Source: a virus
Lineage: Duplodnaviria; Caudoviricetes
Virus record (IMG/VR): IMGVR_UViG_3300027800_000034
Location: 1-35,282 of that record
Length of the DNA: 35,282 nucleotides
Strand: one strand, 5' to 3'
Positions 19,109 to 27,204 of this stretch are shown piece by piece. Each line of letters starts with the position of its first letter. Within the stretch, counting starts at the first letter, position 1. Under the pieces are notes generated by a model. That model made no database searches. It was not told where the DNA came from and was given only the letters and a program-made list of their open reading frames with translations. A program made the translations under genes and the position numbers.

Positions 19109-19489
19109 CTATTTTAATTTTTTACCATACCATACAGGGTTAAACCCTTTGCTCGTGAGAAGATGGCCCATAGAGCGTCTGTTTGTGGAAAGTATGAAAA
19201 AACCAGCCCCCTCTGTCCTACAAAACGACTCAAATGTATCAACCATTTCTCTGTATCTTCTTATATAATACTCGTTTTTTACTAAAATTGCAACCACTAT
19301 AAATGCAAAATCCACAAAGTCTTGAGCTTTGTTATATGCCATGATCCCCCATAGCCCAGATTCATCTCTAAACTCCATAGCAGACAATGATGTGTATTCA
19401 GCATAAGTTTTGAGCGCAACGTCAATTGGTATATCCGTTGTTCTTGCTGTATGTTCGGCAATAAAATCCAATTGTTCTTGTGTAAGCAT
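19109..19489 (-). CDS. Putative GNAT-fold protein
   Basis: 126 aa. The C-terminal FCRTEGA..FILSTN...HLLTSKGF resembles GNAT motifs; located between terminase and portal. Confidence 0.45.
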   Translation of the reverse strand: MLTQEQLDFIAEHTARTTDIPIDVALKTYAEYTSLSAMEFRDESGLWGIMAYNKAQDFVDFAFIVVAILVKNEYYIRRYREMVDTFESFCRTEGAGFFILSTNRRSMGHLLTSKGFNPVWYGKKLK

Positions 19490-20920
19490 TTATATCCCCC
19501 ATTTTTTTGATCCGGATTGTCCCTTGGTTAAAGATTCTATAAATTCTCTATGATTTGAAAATCCACGCTGTTTTGGTGGCATTGTCATCATTCTGTGTAT
19601 CCCCATCATGATGGAATCAAAAAGATTGGGCGATTCCCCCTGTAAATTCTTTTTTATATTTTCTTTCCGATCCAGACGGATAGTTCCCTTACTTATTTCG
19701 TTGCTGGCATATTGTTGGGCCTGTAGCTCTCTTTTGAGCTTGTCTTTTAATTCAGATGGCCCCAAAAACCACACCTTATTTTCGGTCATCAGTTTTAACA
19801 AAAGTCCAGCTGCTTCAGATCTGCGATTATAATATAGGTTGGGGGCAGTTATAACATCGCCGTTTCCATGAAATTCTATGATGCCCAGAGCTTCACGTTC
19901 TGCACTTCCCCTGGGGGCTCGTTGCTGTACAGCCGCCAAACCAAGTCCATCAGCGTCCCATATTTCTTCTATAGCACCTGTCATACCTCTGATTTGACTT
20001 ACCTTGACCACTACTGACGGTGTCTCTAATTGGTATTCACCATGTATCTTTATAAAAAAGCCGTTATACCTGGTCCGGATAATTTCGGTAATAACAGATG
20101 GATCCCCAACACCTCCGCCAACGTCAATTGAAAGTATATTGGTTCTGCCGTCCATCTCGTCTGTCGGTACTGGTATCCCCATACGCGAAAAAAGATTATC
20201 AATACAGGTGCCATCATAAAATTGGGTGTTTGATGCATTGTCCTGGCACATAATGAATTTTTTCCAGTATGATGGATTCTCTATCTTGGCCCGATCGTAT
20301 GATTCCCGAATATGCCGAGGCAGCGCATGATTTTCATCATAATTTATTTCAATTATCACGCCTCCGTGGGCTTTTACATAATCAATAACACTTGATGGGG
20401 GATTGTTTGAAATTAAAATACATGCAGCAAAGTGTCGTATTTGAGTTTCTAAAGCCGATACCCCCTGGTATGAATCCCATTTTTCCACTTCTTCACATAT
20501 CAATAAGTCTTTTTTAGACTGATCATTTTTAACATCAACCGCACCGAAGAAATCAAAAGTTATTCTTTGATTATCAATCACCCTATATGCGGGTTCTGAT
20601 GATCCCCCTTTTAATCCGGTATTTTTACATTCGGGCGCAAATCTTTCCACTGCAGATATACAGCCATTCAAACCCTTTTTTGTAATTGTAGACATCTGGA
20701 TATTTGTTGCATATCCATCATAAGTCAATGCTATTGAAGATCGTTGAGCCCATTCAGACTTACCAGATCCGCGAGAACCAACAACCAGGGCCAAATATGG
20801 TACAAATGTATCTGGATCGTAGTTTTCTTGCCACTCTTGTATTTTTGCTGCAATTTTTGGGTACTCTGCAAGCAGCTTTTCTGGGCAATCTTCTAAAATA
20901 GCATCAAGATTTAATTCCAT
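19490..20920 (-). CDS. terL: Terminase large subunit
   Basis: Walker A VVGSRGSGKS, Walker B LLICEE, coupling motif ISNNP; nuclease motifs SIDVGGG.GD, DADGLG, YYNRRSE and SPNLFDS. Confidence 0.92.
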   Translation of the reverse strand: MELNLDAILEDCPEKLLAEYPKIAAKIQEWQENYDPDTFVPYLALVVGSRGSGKSEWAQRSSIALTYDGYATNIQMSTITKKGLNGCISAVERFAPECKNTGLKGGSSEPAYRVIDNQRITFDFFGAVDVKNDQSKKDLLICEEVEKWDSYQGVSALETQIRHFAACILISNNPPSSVIDYVKAHGGVIIEINYDENHALPRHIRESYDRAKIENPSYWKKFIMCQDNASNTQFYDGTCIDNLFSRMGIPVPTDEMDGRTNILSIDVGGGVGDPSVITEIIRTRYNGFFIKIHGEYQLETPSVVVKVSQIRGMTGAIEEIWDADGLGLAAVQQRAPRGSAEREALGIIEFHGNGDVITAPNLYYNRRSEAAGLLLKLMTENKVWFLGPSELKDKLKRELQAQQYASNEISKGTIRLDRKENIKKNLQGESPNLFDSIMMGIHRMMTMPPKQRGFSNHREFIESLTKGQSGSKKWGI

Positions 20921-20926
20921 TTGAAA

Positions 20927-21112
20927 TTATCTTATTGGTCTTATTTCTACGTGGCATATTTCATTACCATAGGGTACCGCTCTTTCGCAAACCTCAATCG
21001 GCTGTTTTGGTATTGCAGCCTTGTTTCCAAATGCCCAGCCTATAAAAAATGTGCCCATTGCAATTATTGCAACTGCACCCATTAGTATTTCGCCGCGTTC
21101 TTGGTTTTTCAT
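20927..21112 (-). CDS. Small single-TM membrane protein next to the endolysin
   Basis: 61 aa with TM ILMGAVAIIAMGTFFIGWAF and two C-terminal Cys. ATGA overlap with the endolysin gene. Confidence 0.6.
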   Translation of the reverse strand: MKNQERGEILMGAVAIIAMGTFFIGWAFGNKAAIPKQPIEVCERAVPYGNEICHVEIRPIR

Positions 21113-21681
21113 TCGTTATCCTTTTTTACTTCTGTTATTCTGTTTTTCCAACCATTTAACCAAACTTTTTGCTCTGGCGAAGATGCAACAATACGATCAT
21201 AGTATTCTGCCCATCGCTCAAAAAATCCGATTAAAACTGGTTGTGGGGGTGTTTTGGCTGCTATCTCGGCTGTCTTGGGGCCGATAATACCATCAGCAAC
21301 AATTGATAATGCACTTTGATAAAGTTTACTCGCTGTACCAACACCGCAATTAACAGCACAAGAAAATAATGGGTATCTATGTATTGGGGGCAAAGAATCA
21401 CATCTGCATTTATTCCAATAGTTCTTTTTATAAGTATCTTGAACCTCGGCCATTACCAGTGGATCTCGTAATAATCTTTCATTTATTATCTTGGCCAATA
21501 CTGATTCGGCAATTTTGCCTTTCTGCTGTCTTTTAACTTCATCAGCTAAAAGCCACAAAGATAACTCTGGGTGTTGTTTCCTGGTGATGCCAGCGATAGT
21601 CTCACCGCCTTTATCTAAGGATTTATTAACATAACCACCCTCGGCCTTTAATATCAAAGTAATCGCTTTATCATAGAACAT
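21109..21681 (-). CDS. Endolysin, glycoside hydrolase family 108, with peptidoglycan-binding C-terminus
   Basis: EGGYVN...DKGGET.AGIT, Y...YW, F..AVN.G, DGIIGPKT and WLNGW.NR motifs. Confidence 0.9.
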   Translation of the reverse strand: MFYDKAITLILKAEGGYVNKSLDKGGETIAGITRKQHPELSLWLLADEVKRQQKGKIAESVLAKIINERLLRDPLVMAEVQDTYKKNYWNKCRCDSLPPIHRYPLFSCAVNCGVGTASKLYQSALSIVADGIIGPKTAEIAAKTPPQPVLIGFFERWAEYYDRIVASSPEQKVWLNGWKNRITEVKKDNE

Positions 21682-21923
21682 TATCTTTCCTTTTGGTTAA
21701 ATTTCTTCCATTCTCTCATTGTCATGCAGCCACGCTTTGAATTGCACCGTTTGTGAGCGGGTTGATAATTGCTCGGGCTATTTGGACCGCCCTTGGATTT
21801 TGGTACTATATGATCCTTTGACAATTCATCAGCATTCAGTATTAATTCGCCACAAAGGGCACAAAACAATTCCTTGTGTTTTAATCTTAGCAGCCAAAGT
21901 CTTTTTTGTTCTTTTGCCGTCAT
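21681..21923 (-). CDS. HNH endonuclease
   Basis: CALC...DHIVPKSKGG....N...AHKRCN. Start moved to the ATG after the GGAGG RBS. Confidence 0.88.
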   Translation of the reverse strand: MTAKEQKRLWLLRLKHKELFCALCGELILNADELSKDHIVPKSKGGPNSPSNYQPAHKRCNSKRGCMTMREWKKFNQKER

Positions 21924-21955
21924 CTCGCCCTCCAGATAATCATAACACAAAAAAA

Positions 21956-22300
21956 TTATAATTGCACCTCATTTGGTCGGCTATAATAATCAAGGTTATC
22001 ATTGGTTATTATTTTATCAAACTTCGCCCCCCGGATAATCTTTTTAATCATGCTCTTTGATAATGTTTGTTCCCCCATAACGCGAGGCATGTTCGGGTTT
22101 GTAAAAATATCTAACCTTGTGAAGATAACCCCAACGTCCTGGTCTGCATATTCTTCAAATACAATAGGTCTGATGCGATGCAAGTTTGGATCTAACTTTT
22201 TATCCTTAGCATATTGTATAGCCGAATCCTCGGTTACAAATATGCCAATTACCAGGCCATTATCTTCTGGACGTTGTAAGATATATTTTTCTTTCAACAT
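21956..22300 (-). CDS. Hypothetical protein
   Basis: 114-aa ORF, TAATG-coupled to the upstream small ORF. Confidence 0.7.
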   Translation of the reverse strand: MLKEKYILQRPEDNGLVIGIFVTEDSAIQYAKDKKLDPNLHRIRPIVFEEYADQDVGVIFTRLDIFTNPNMPRVMGEQTLSKSMIKKIIRGAKFDKIITNDNLDYYSRPNEVQL

Positions 22301-22440
22301 TATTTATCCTTTGAACCCAAAACTATTCCTGCTGCTTTGCGCGCCTTGTATTCCTCAAGCCTCTTTTGCCCCCTGGCACTGGCCAGGAATCTGCGCATCT
22401 TACGGTTAACTCCACTCTGGTGTATTTCATTTAATGGCAT
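22300..22440 (-). CDS. Small basic protein, 46 aa (MPLNEIHQSGVNRKMRRFLASARGQKRLEEYKARKAAGIVLGSKDK), not in the ORF track
   Basis: Fills the gap exactly, with TAATG overlaps at both ends and an AAGGAG RBS. Confidence 0.75.
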   Translation of the reverse strand: MPLNEIHQSGVNRKMRRFLASARGQKRLEEYKARKAAGIVLGSKDK

Positions 22441-23108
22441 TATTTGCTCCTTTTTTCTTTTTCGTTGATTATAATTTTTACTCTTTGGCGAGGTTCCTTG
22501 TTTTTTGGATCTACTATCTTTGAAAGTTCTTTTAATGCACCGATTCTTGATGGGCCAGTCATGTTTGGATCATTCAGTATTCGGCGCAATTCACCAGCAA
22601 AGTCTAATTTTGGGGTATCCCCCTGGTCTTTTGCCACCTTTGCAGTTTCTAGCATAAGCGCTGCTGTGCTCGCTAGGCCTTGAGGGATCTTCCCGTCAAT
22701 AATGTATTCTACGAGCTGTCCACGCAGCCATCTAGCCAATTCGTAAGGTTCGCAATTGTATGGATCAATCTTTTTTAATTCTTCCCTGGTTGGCTGGTCA
22801 GCATTCATAAATGTAAAATCTTCATCTGGACTGTACTTTGCTAAAGATTTATCCATCTCTAAAATCACTGCCTGTCCATCTGTCGGCAACACTCTATAAT
22901 ACCCGGGCAATATAATAACGCTTTTACATTGTAAATTTGCCAGAACTTTAACTCGCCCTCTGGATTTTGAGCTTTCATCATCTCTGGCCTGGATCAGATA
23001 TCTTTCTTTTTGAAGATCTTTGATAAACAATCCCTGGCCAGGTTTCCACCATGCCGGCATTTCTAATGGCGAAATTATCAGATAAAATCTATTTGTTTGT
23101 CTTGCCAT
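22440..23108 (-). CDS. Hypothetical protein, possible terminase small subunit
   Basis: 222 aa. The C-terminal RIGALKELSK helix and terminal beta-strand (RVKIIINE) recall TerS; upstream of terL. The function call is weak. Confidence 0.35.
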   Translation of the reverse strand: MARQTNRFYLIISPLEMPAWWKPGQGLFIKDLQKERYLIQARDDESSKSRGRVKVLANLQCKSVIILPGYYRVLPTDGQAVILEMDKSLAKYSPDEDFTFMNADQPTREELKKIDPYNCEPYELARWLRGQLVEYIIDGKIPQGLASTAALMLETAKVAKDQGDTPKLDFAGELRRILNDPNMTGPSRIGALKELSKIVDPKNKEPRQRVKIIINEKEKRSK

Positions 23109-23477
23109 TTATATTTTGCCTCTTTTGCGCAAGATTTGTTTTTGAATCTCATAAAAACGCGCATCTTTTGCTTTATGATTATGGCATTTGTGGCATAATA
23201 CGGCCAAGTTATGAATAGCGTCCCCATTGCTGCGCCCGGTGATATGGTGTATTTCTAATTGGTTTTCTGGCAATTCAGCACAACAAAGTTCGCATCGGTG
23301 CCCATATACACCAAAAGCAAGTTCTCGGTATGATTTGACCCGCTTCTTCATTTTATCTGACATTTGTTTTAATGGCTTGCGCTTTTTTTGAACAAATGTG
23401 CCAGAGTCTATTTCCGACTGTCTTTTTTTACTGATGTTAGACAGAGACGAATTAAACATTTTTTGTCTTTTAATCAT
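23109..23477 (-). CDS. HNH endonuclease with basic N-terminus
   Basis: CELC...LEIHHI.GRS.G....NLAVLCHKCH. Confidence 0.85.
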   Translation of the reverse strand: MIKRQKMFNSSLSNISKKRQSEIDSGTFVQKKRKPLKQMSDKMKKRVKSYRELAFGVYGHRCELCCAELPENQLEIHHITGRSNGDAIHNLAVLCHKCHNHKAKDARFYEIQKQILRKRGKI

Positions 23478-23859
23478 CTGAATCCTCGCAAATAAGTTTT
23501 GATATCGTTTCTATTGATTGTTCTAATTGATTGAGTTCGGCTATTTCTGCATCAGTTTTAAATTCTTGTATGTTAATTCGGTTGTATTTTATTTTTAGGA
23601 TATTTGCACGCATTTGGATATCTTCCTTAAAAACGGGCTTTGGTATGTATTTACTATATTTGGCAAATAGTTCCGCCTCTTTCTCTTTGGCATCATATTC
23701 TGTCAGATATGGGCCAAAGTATAATGTACTTCTATCCCCCCGACAGAATATAAACCCCTCAACACACCACCCGGCCTTGCCCCGTGGTGTGTCTATTGGT
23801 CTATGGAATATCCCAATATCCAGTATTCTTTTATCAAGTATTTTTCTCTTCGCTCCCAT
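23470..23859 (-). CDS. Hypothetical protein
   Basis: ORF with an AAGGAG RBS before the ATG at 23859. Confidence 0.7.
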   Translation of the reverse strand: MGAKRKILDKRILDIGIFHRPIDTPRGKAGWCVEGFIFCRGDRSTLYFGPYLTEYDAKEKEAELFAKYSKYIPKPVFKEDIQMRANILKIKYNRINIQEFKTDAEIAELNQLEQSIETISKLICEDSDD

Positions 23860-23882
23860 AATCGCTCCTTTCCCCAATTATG

Positions 23883-24167
23883 TTAAAATGGTATATCATC
23901 ACCTACTGGTGTTTCAATAGGAATCTCTGATGTTGGTTCCTTTCTTACCAGTTCGCGCGGATTAATCAATATCTGGACAGCTTTCTGTAATTCTGCAGCC
24001 AATCGGATAACATCATCAGAAAACATTGTTATCTTTTCCTCAACGTCCTGGCCATTTTTATCTTTGTATCTGCGACGGATAGTCGTGCTGTTATATCCAG
24101 CTTTCCCATCTTTGCCCTCGTTCCACCAAATTGAAACGAATTTACCCACTCCGTAGTTCTTAGACAT
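23883..24167 (-). CDS. Putative single-stranded DNA-binding protein
   Basis: 94 aa, beta-rich core (VSIWWN...TIRRRYKDK.G) and the acidic DDIPF tail characteristic of SSBs. Confidence 0.65.
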   Translation of the reverse strand: MSKNYGVGKFVSIWWNEGKDGKAGYNSTTIRRRYKDKNGQDVEEKITMFSDDVIRLAAELQKAVQILINPRELVRKEPTSEIPIETPVGDDIPF

Positions 24168-24507
24168 CGTTTACTCCTTTGTTAAAGTTCCATGCTCCAA
24201 GTTCTGATTCTAGTATATTATTCATGATAAAATTTCTATTATCACGTATAAAAGCATACATGCCTGCTTCTATGATACTGGTTATTTTTTCATTTTCTAC
24301 ATGATCGTCAAGCCCGGCATTTCTTAAAATCCAATGAATACTTTCGTGTAAGATAACACGGTTTCTTGCATGGTATCCCAGACTAGAATTTATAAAGATC
24401 TCATCTGTATCCGCGCGCATTTTACCCATGTTGGTATCTGCATATTTAGAATCAATTGTAGTTATTTTATAATCTATGCCGGCAATTCTTATTGTAAAAT
24501 TGTTCAT
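24160..24507 (-). CDS. Small zincin metallopeptidase-like protein (ImmA/IrrE-like HExxH)
   Basis: G......IFIN......VILHESIH motif with a downstream Glu. Confidence 0.7.
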   Translation of the reverse strand: MNNFTIRIAGIDYKITTIDSKYADTNMGKMRADTDEIFINSSLGYHARNRVILHESIHWILRNAGLDDHVENEKITSIIEAGMYAFIRDNRNFIMNNILESELGAWNFNKGVNDV

Positions 24508-24695
24508 ATTTTATCCTTGTTTGTTATACCACAGCCATCAATAACATCATACGTTACCAATTCGTGCGGCACGTTGTTAAACTGTCTTTGGCAATTCACC
24601 ACTTTTACCATACAATACAGGGAAAAGATAATAAACAGCATGTTACACACCATGCCTGTTATAAAAACACTTTGTAGAAACTTTAATACTTTCAT
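24504..24695 (-). CDS. Small membrane protein
   Basis: 63 aa with one long hydrophobic segment; ATGA overlaps. Confidence 0.6.
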   Translation of the reverse strand: MKVLKFLQSVFITGMVCNMLFIIFSLYCMVKVVNCQRQFNNVPHELVTYDVIDGCGITNKDKI

Positions 24696-24892
24696 TTGCT
24701 ATCCTTTACCCGCTCAATTAATTGTACATCTATTATTAACATATCGCTATATTTATCTATCAATCCTTTCACAGCCTCAGATGCCGTTGGATATATACCA
24801 AACATAGTATAATAATAGGTTCCATTTTCTAAAAAAGATCCTAGCCTATTATAGTTAGTTTTACTTACTGTCTTGATTTGGTAAAGGTTCAT
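24692..24892 (-). CDS. Hypothetical protein
   Basis: 66-aa ORF with ATGA overlaps on both sides. Confidence 0.65.
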   Translation of the reverse strand: MNLYQIKTVSKTNYNRLGSFLENGTYYYTMFGIYPTASEAVKGLIDKYSDMLIIDVQLIERVKDSK

Positions 24893-25398
24893 TTTCCTAG
24901 CCTTTGGTTATTATCTTCTTTCTCTATTTCAGCGTCCGTTTTCTTCCATAACTCGTATTGTTTCTTGGATACAAAAGAGGGTTGATTAAGTGGGCTTTTT
25001 ATATGCGAAACAATTATATTTATTAAATCAGCATTCTCTTTTTCCAACTTCTTTATCTTATTAGGTTGTTCTAATAGGTCTTTTAAGAAACACCATTTGC
25101 CCCCAAGAACGACCTTGAAATCCTCTATTAAGTCAATATCTGGAATTATAAGTGCATCTTTTACTGGACTTTTATCAGTATGCCAAATATCTATCTTCTG
25201 TTTTGTTACCTTAGGCTTTTTTATTTCTGCGAGTGTTTTAATTTTATCTATAAAAAACGGCTTTACATCTTCCCAAACTTTATCAAGGTCAAGAGCAATT
25301 ATATTATCGGCTCCCGATTCGTTTTTTGATACAAATTCAAGTTTATTATCATTTATTTGTAAAGTTCCATAGGGGCATTTCCCAATTTCTTTTTTCAT
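24889..25398 (-). CDS. Hypothetical protein
   Basis: 169-aa ORF with ATGA overlaps. Confidence 0.7.
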   Translation of the reverse strand: MKKEIGKCPYGTLQINDNKLEFVSKNESGADNIIALDLDKVWEDVKPFFIDKIKTLAEIKKPKVTKQKIDIWHTDKSPVKDALIIPDIDLIEDFKVVLGGKWCFLKDLLEQPNKIKKLEKENADLINIIVSHIKSPLNQPSFVSKKQYELWKKTDAEIEKEDNNQRLGK

Positions 25399-25661
25399 TT
25401 CTCTTCCTTTAACAGTTCATCAACTATCGTTTGATAGTCAGAATTTCTCTGAGATTCAGTGTTATACCAGACCTGCCTAACATTGAAATCATCTTTACAC
25501 AATCCGAATTTTATTTTATAAATTCTTGTTCTTGCGCCGTGCTGGACACATAATTCGTCTTCTTCTAATTCATCATCTATCCAAATAAATGGGAAAGAGT
25601 ATAAGTCTATTATACAACTTATTTTCCCATGTAATTTGATGTATTTGTGATTATTTCCCAT
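25395..25661 (-). CDS. Hypothetical protein
   Basis: 88-aa ORF directly downstream of the tRNA-like RNA. Confidence 0.65.
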   Translation of the reverse strand: MGNNHKYIKLHGKISCIIDLYSFPFIWIDDELEEDELCVQHGARTRIYKIKFGLCKDDFNVRQVWYNTESQRNSDYQTIVDELLKEEK

Positions 25662-25684
25662 TATTTATGCCTTTGTTATTATTT

Positions 25685-25833
25685 TGGTGGGGCATACAAG
25701 GATTCGCACCTTGTATAATTACCTGCCTCGTAATTTCCCTAGGACGCTCTAACTGGGTGGCAAATCCCAATACCTCGTTTCCCTAGAACCGCTTTCGCTA
25801 GCACCTAGCGTCTACCTATTCCGCCACTGCCCC
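25685..25833 (-). ncRNA. tRNA-Leu-like structured RNA (149 nt), non-canonical
   Basis: 5' GGGGCAGTGGCGGAATAGGTAGACGC (acceptor strand plus Leu-type D-arm); 3' CAAGG-TGCGAAT-CCTTG...TGCCCC-A-CCA; variable-arm hairpin AATTAC/GTAATT; no 7-nt anticodon loop. Confidence 0.8.
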
Positions 25834-25926
25834 ATAATTTCCCAGATATAACGCTATCTGGGAAGCGTCTGTTTTCGCAAGCCAAGCACAGATACTTGTA
25901 AACAGGGGATACGTTATCCCAGCTTG

Positions 25927-26163
25927 CTATCCGACTTTATTCGGAATCTTTTTTTTATATTTTTTTATCTTTATTTCTTCCTTAGCTGCTAATAAAATCA
26001 AAATCAGAGCGACTAAACCCAGAACAGCTATTGGTATCCATAAAGGTGATAATACCCACCACCAAGACCAATTGATCACTTTACATAGTTTTAACACTAT
26101 GAAAACCAACAATAATCCGGTTGTAAAATTGCTCGTACTATCATGTAAAATTTTATTTGACAT
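25927..26163 (-). CDS. Two-TM phage membrane protein (WSWWWVLSPLW family)
   Basis: LLLVFIVLKL..VI.WSWWWVLSPLWIP motif. Confidence 0.8.
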   Translation of the reverse strand: MSNKILHDSTSNFTTGLLLVFIVLKLCKVINWSWWWVLSPLWIPIAVLGLVALILILLAAKEEIKIKKYKKKIPNKVG

Positions 26164-26921
26164 TATTTGCTCCTTTTATGATACATGATTCTTTTTGTAC
26201 CAATTGATTTATATTCTTTAATTTTTCCAGTAATACACTCAATCAGCATCGGCGCACGCTTGTCCAGGGCATCAATATATTCTGCCAGTTCTTCGCGGTC
26301 AAAAGACCAAATAAAGACCTGGTGTTCTTTTATTGCCCCCATTTCTACAAGTCCATCGCATAGTTCTGGGCAATAAACAACATAATCGTAAAAATCTAAG
26401 TCGTCCAACCACATGGCAAATGCGATTTGTTTCAAGTGATCGGTGTCGCCAACTTCACGAATCAAACGTTGCGCACCCGGGGCCTCTGGTGATTTTATTT
26501 CAACCGCGCCATTTTCGCCCTCAATCATACCGTCTGGTGAGAATCCAAAGAATCCGCTACCATGTTCCACAAATCCACACTGGCGTACCTTGAATCCAGT
26601 TTGTTTCTCGTATAGCCTGCGTGCTTCTGGTTCTAATTCAAGGCCACGTGCAACCTGTGGTTTTTCGGCCCACGATTGAGAATCGTCCGGCTCGCTCCAG
26701 TTTGTGTACTTTTCTGCAAATACACGATCAATAGCTTTTAATGCTGTTTTGCCAAGCCCATCACCACCTCGTTCTGATGATAATATCTCAGCTGCTTGCG
26801 ATGCAGTGAACTTACCTCTGCGAACTTTTAACCATTCTGGATTTGTTTGTATATCAAAAGAACCCACCTCACCATAAAAATGTTGTGGCATATCCCAATA
26901 ATGTTTGTTTGTTGAAAGCAT
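26163..26921 (-). CDS. YqaJ-like / lambda-exonuclease-family recombination nuclease
   Basis: Q..PEW...R.GKFTAS, RG.ELEP.AR..YE, SPDG, EIKSP and Q...MW motifs. Confidence 0.9.
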   Translation of the reverse strand: MLSTNKHYWDMPQHFYGEVGSFDIQTNPEWLKVRRGKFTASQAAEILSSERGGDGLGKTALKAIDRVFAEKYTNWSEPDDSQSWAEKPQVARGLELEPEARRLYEKQTGFKVRQCGFVEHGSGFFGFSPDGMIEGENGAVEIKSPEAPGAQRLIREVGDTDHLKQIAFAMWLDDLDFYDYVVYCPELCDGLVEMGAIKEHQVFIWSFDREELAEYIDALDKRAPMLIECITGKIKEYKSIGTKRIMYHKRSK

Positions 26922-26951
26922 TTTTTATCCTCTTTTTTGTGTTGTACTTAA

Positions 26952-26980
26952 AGGTTAAAACATTTTAACATATAAGTCAA
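26952..26980 (-). promoter_or_regulatory. Sigma70-type promoter with a palindromic operator (26954-26969)
   Basis: TTGACT-N17-TAACCT, with GTTAAAATGTTTTAAC overlapping the spacer and -10. Confidence 0.7.
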
Positions 26981-26983
26981 GCA

Positions 26984-27190
26984 TTATTTTTTAGTCAGCT
27001 GTTCTATTGCAGAAAACACAGCATCTAATGTTTGTACATTTGCAGCGCCACGTTTCACTATTTGATAAAGTGTCTCGCGGCGAATCCCTGCAACCGCAGC
27101 AATATCAACCTGTTTTATTCCAAGTTTCTCAGCCTCTTTTAATGCCACAATAAGAGATTCTATTAATGGTGATTTTGGTTTGTTTTTCAT
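26984..27190 (-). CDS. Cro/XRE-type HTH transcriptional regulator
   Basis: 68 aa, GIKQVDIAAVAGIRRETLYQI.....ANVQTL. Confidence 0.85.
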   Translation of the reverse strand: MKNKPKSPLIESLIVALKEAEKLGIKQVDIAAVAGIRRETLYQIVKRGAANVQTLDAVFSAIEQLTKK

Positions 27191-27204
27191 ATTTATTTTT
27201 CCAG

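Noticed and set aside
25662-25684. tRNA-associated HDV-like (theta) ribozyme downstream of the tRNA-like RNA
   Set aside because: Only a short A-rich spacer and an RBS follow the CCA, leaving no room for such a structure.
25685-25833. Canonical tRNA, tmRNA or group I intron-containing tRNA-Leu
   Set aside because: There is no 7-nt anticodon loop and the T-loop is TGCGAAT. The acceptor has G3-C70, not the G3-U70 Ala identity pair. The RNA is too short for tmRNA and the insert is too short for a group I intron.
26954-26969. CtrA binding site (TTAA-N7-TTAA)
   Set aside because: Spacing is N6 in both copies, so it is treated as a phage operator instead.
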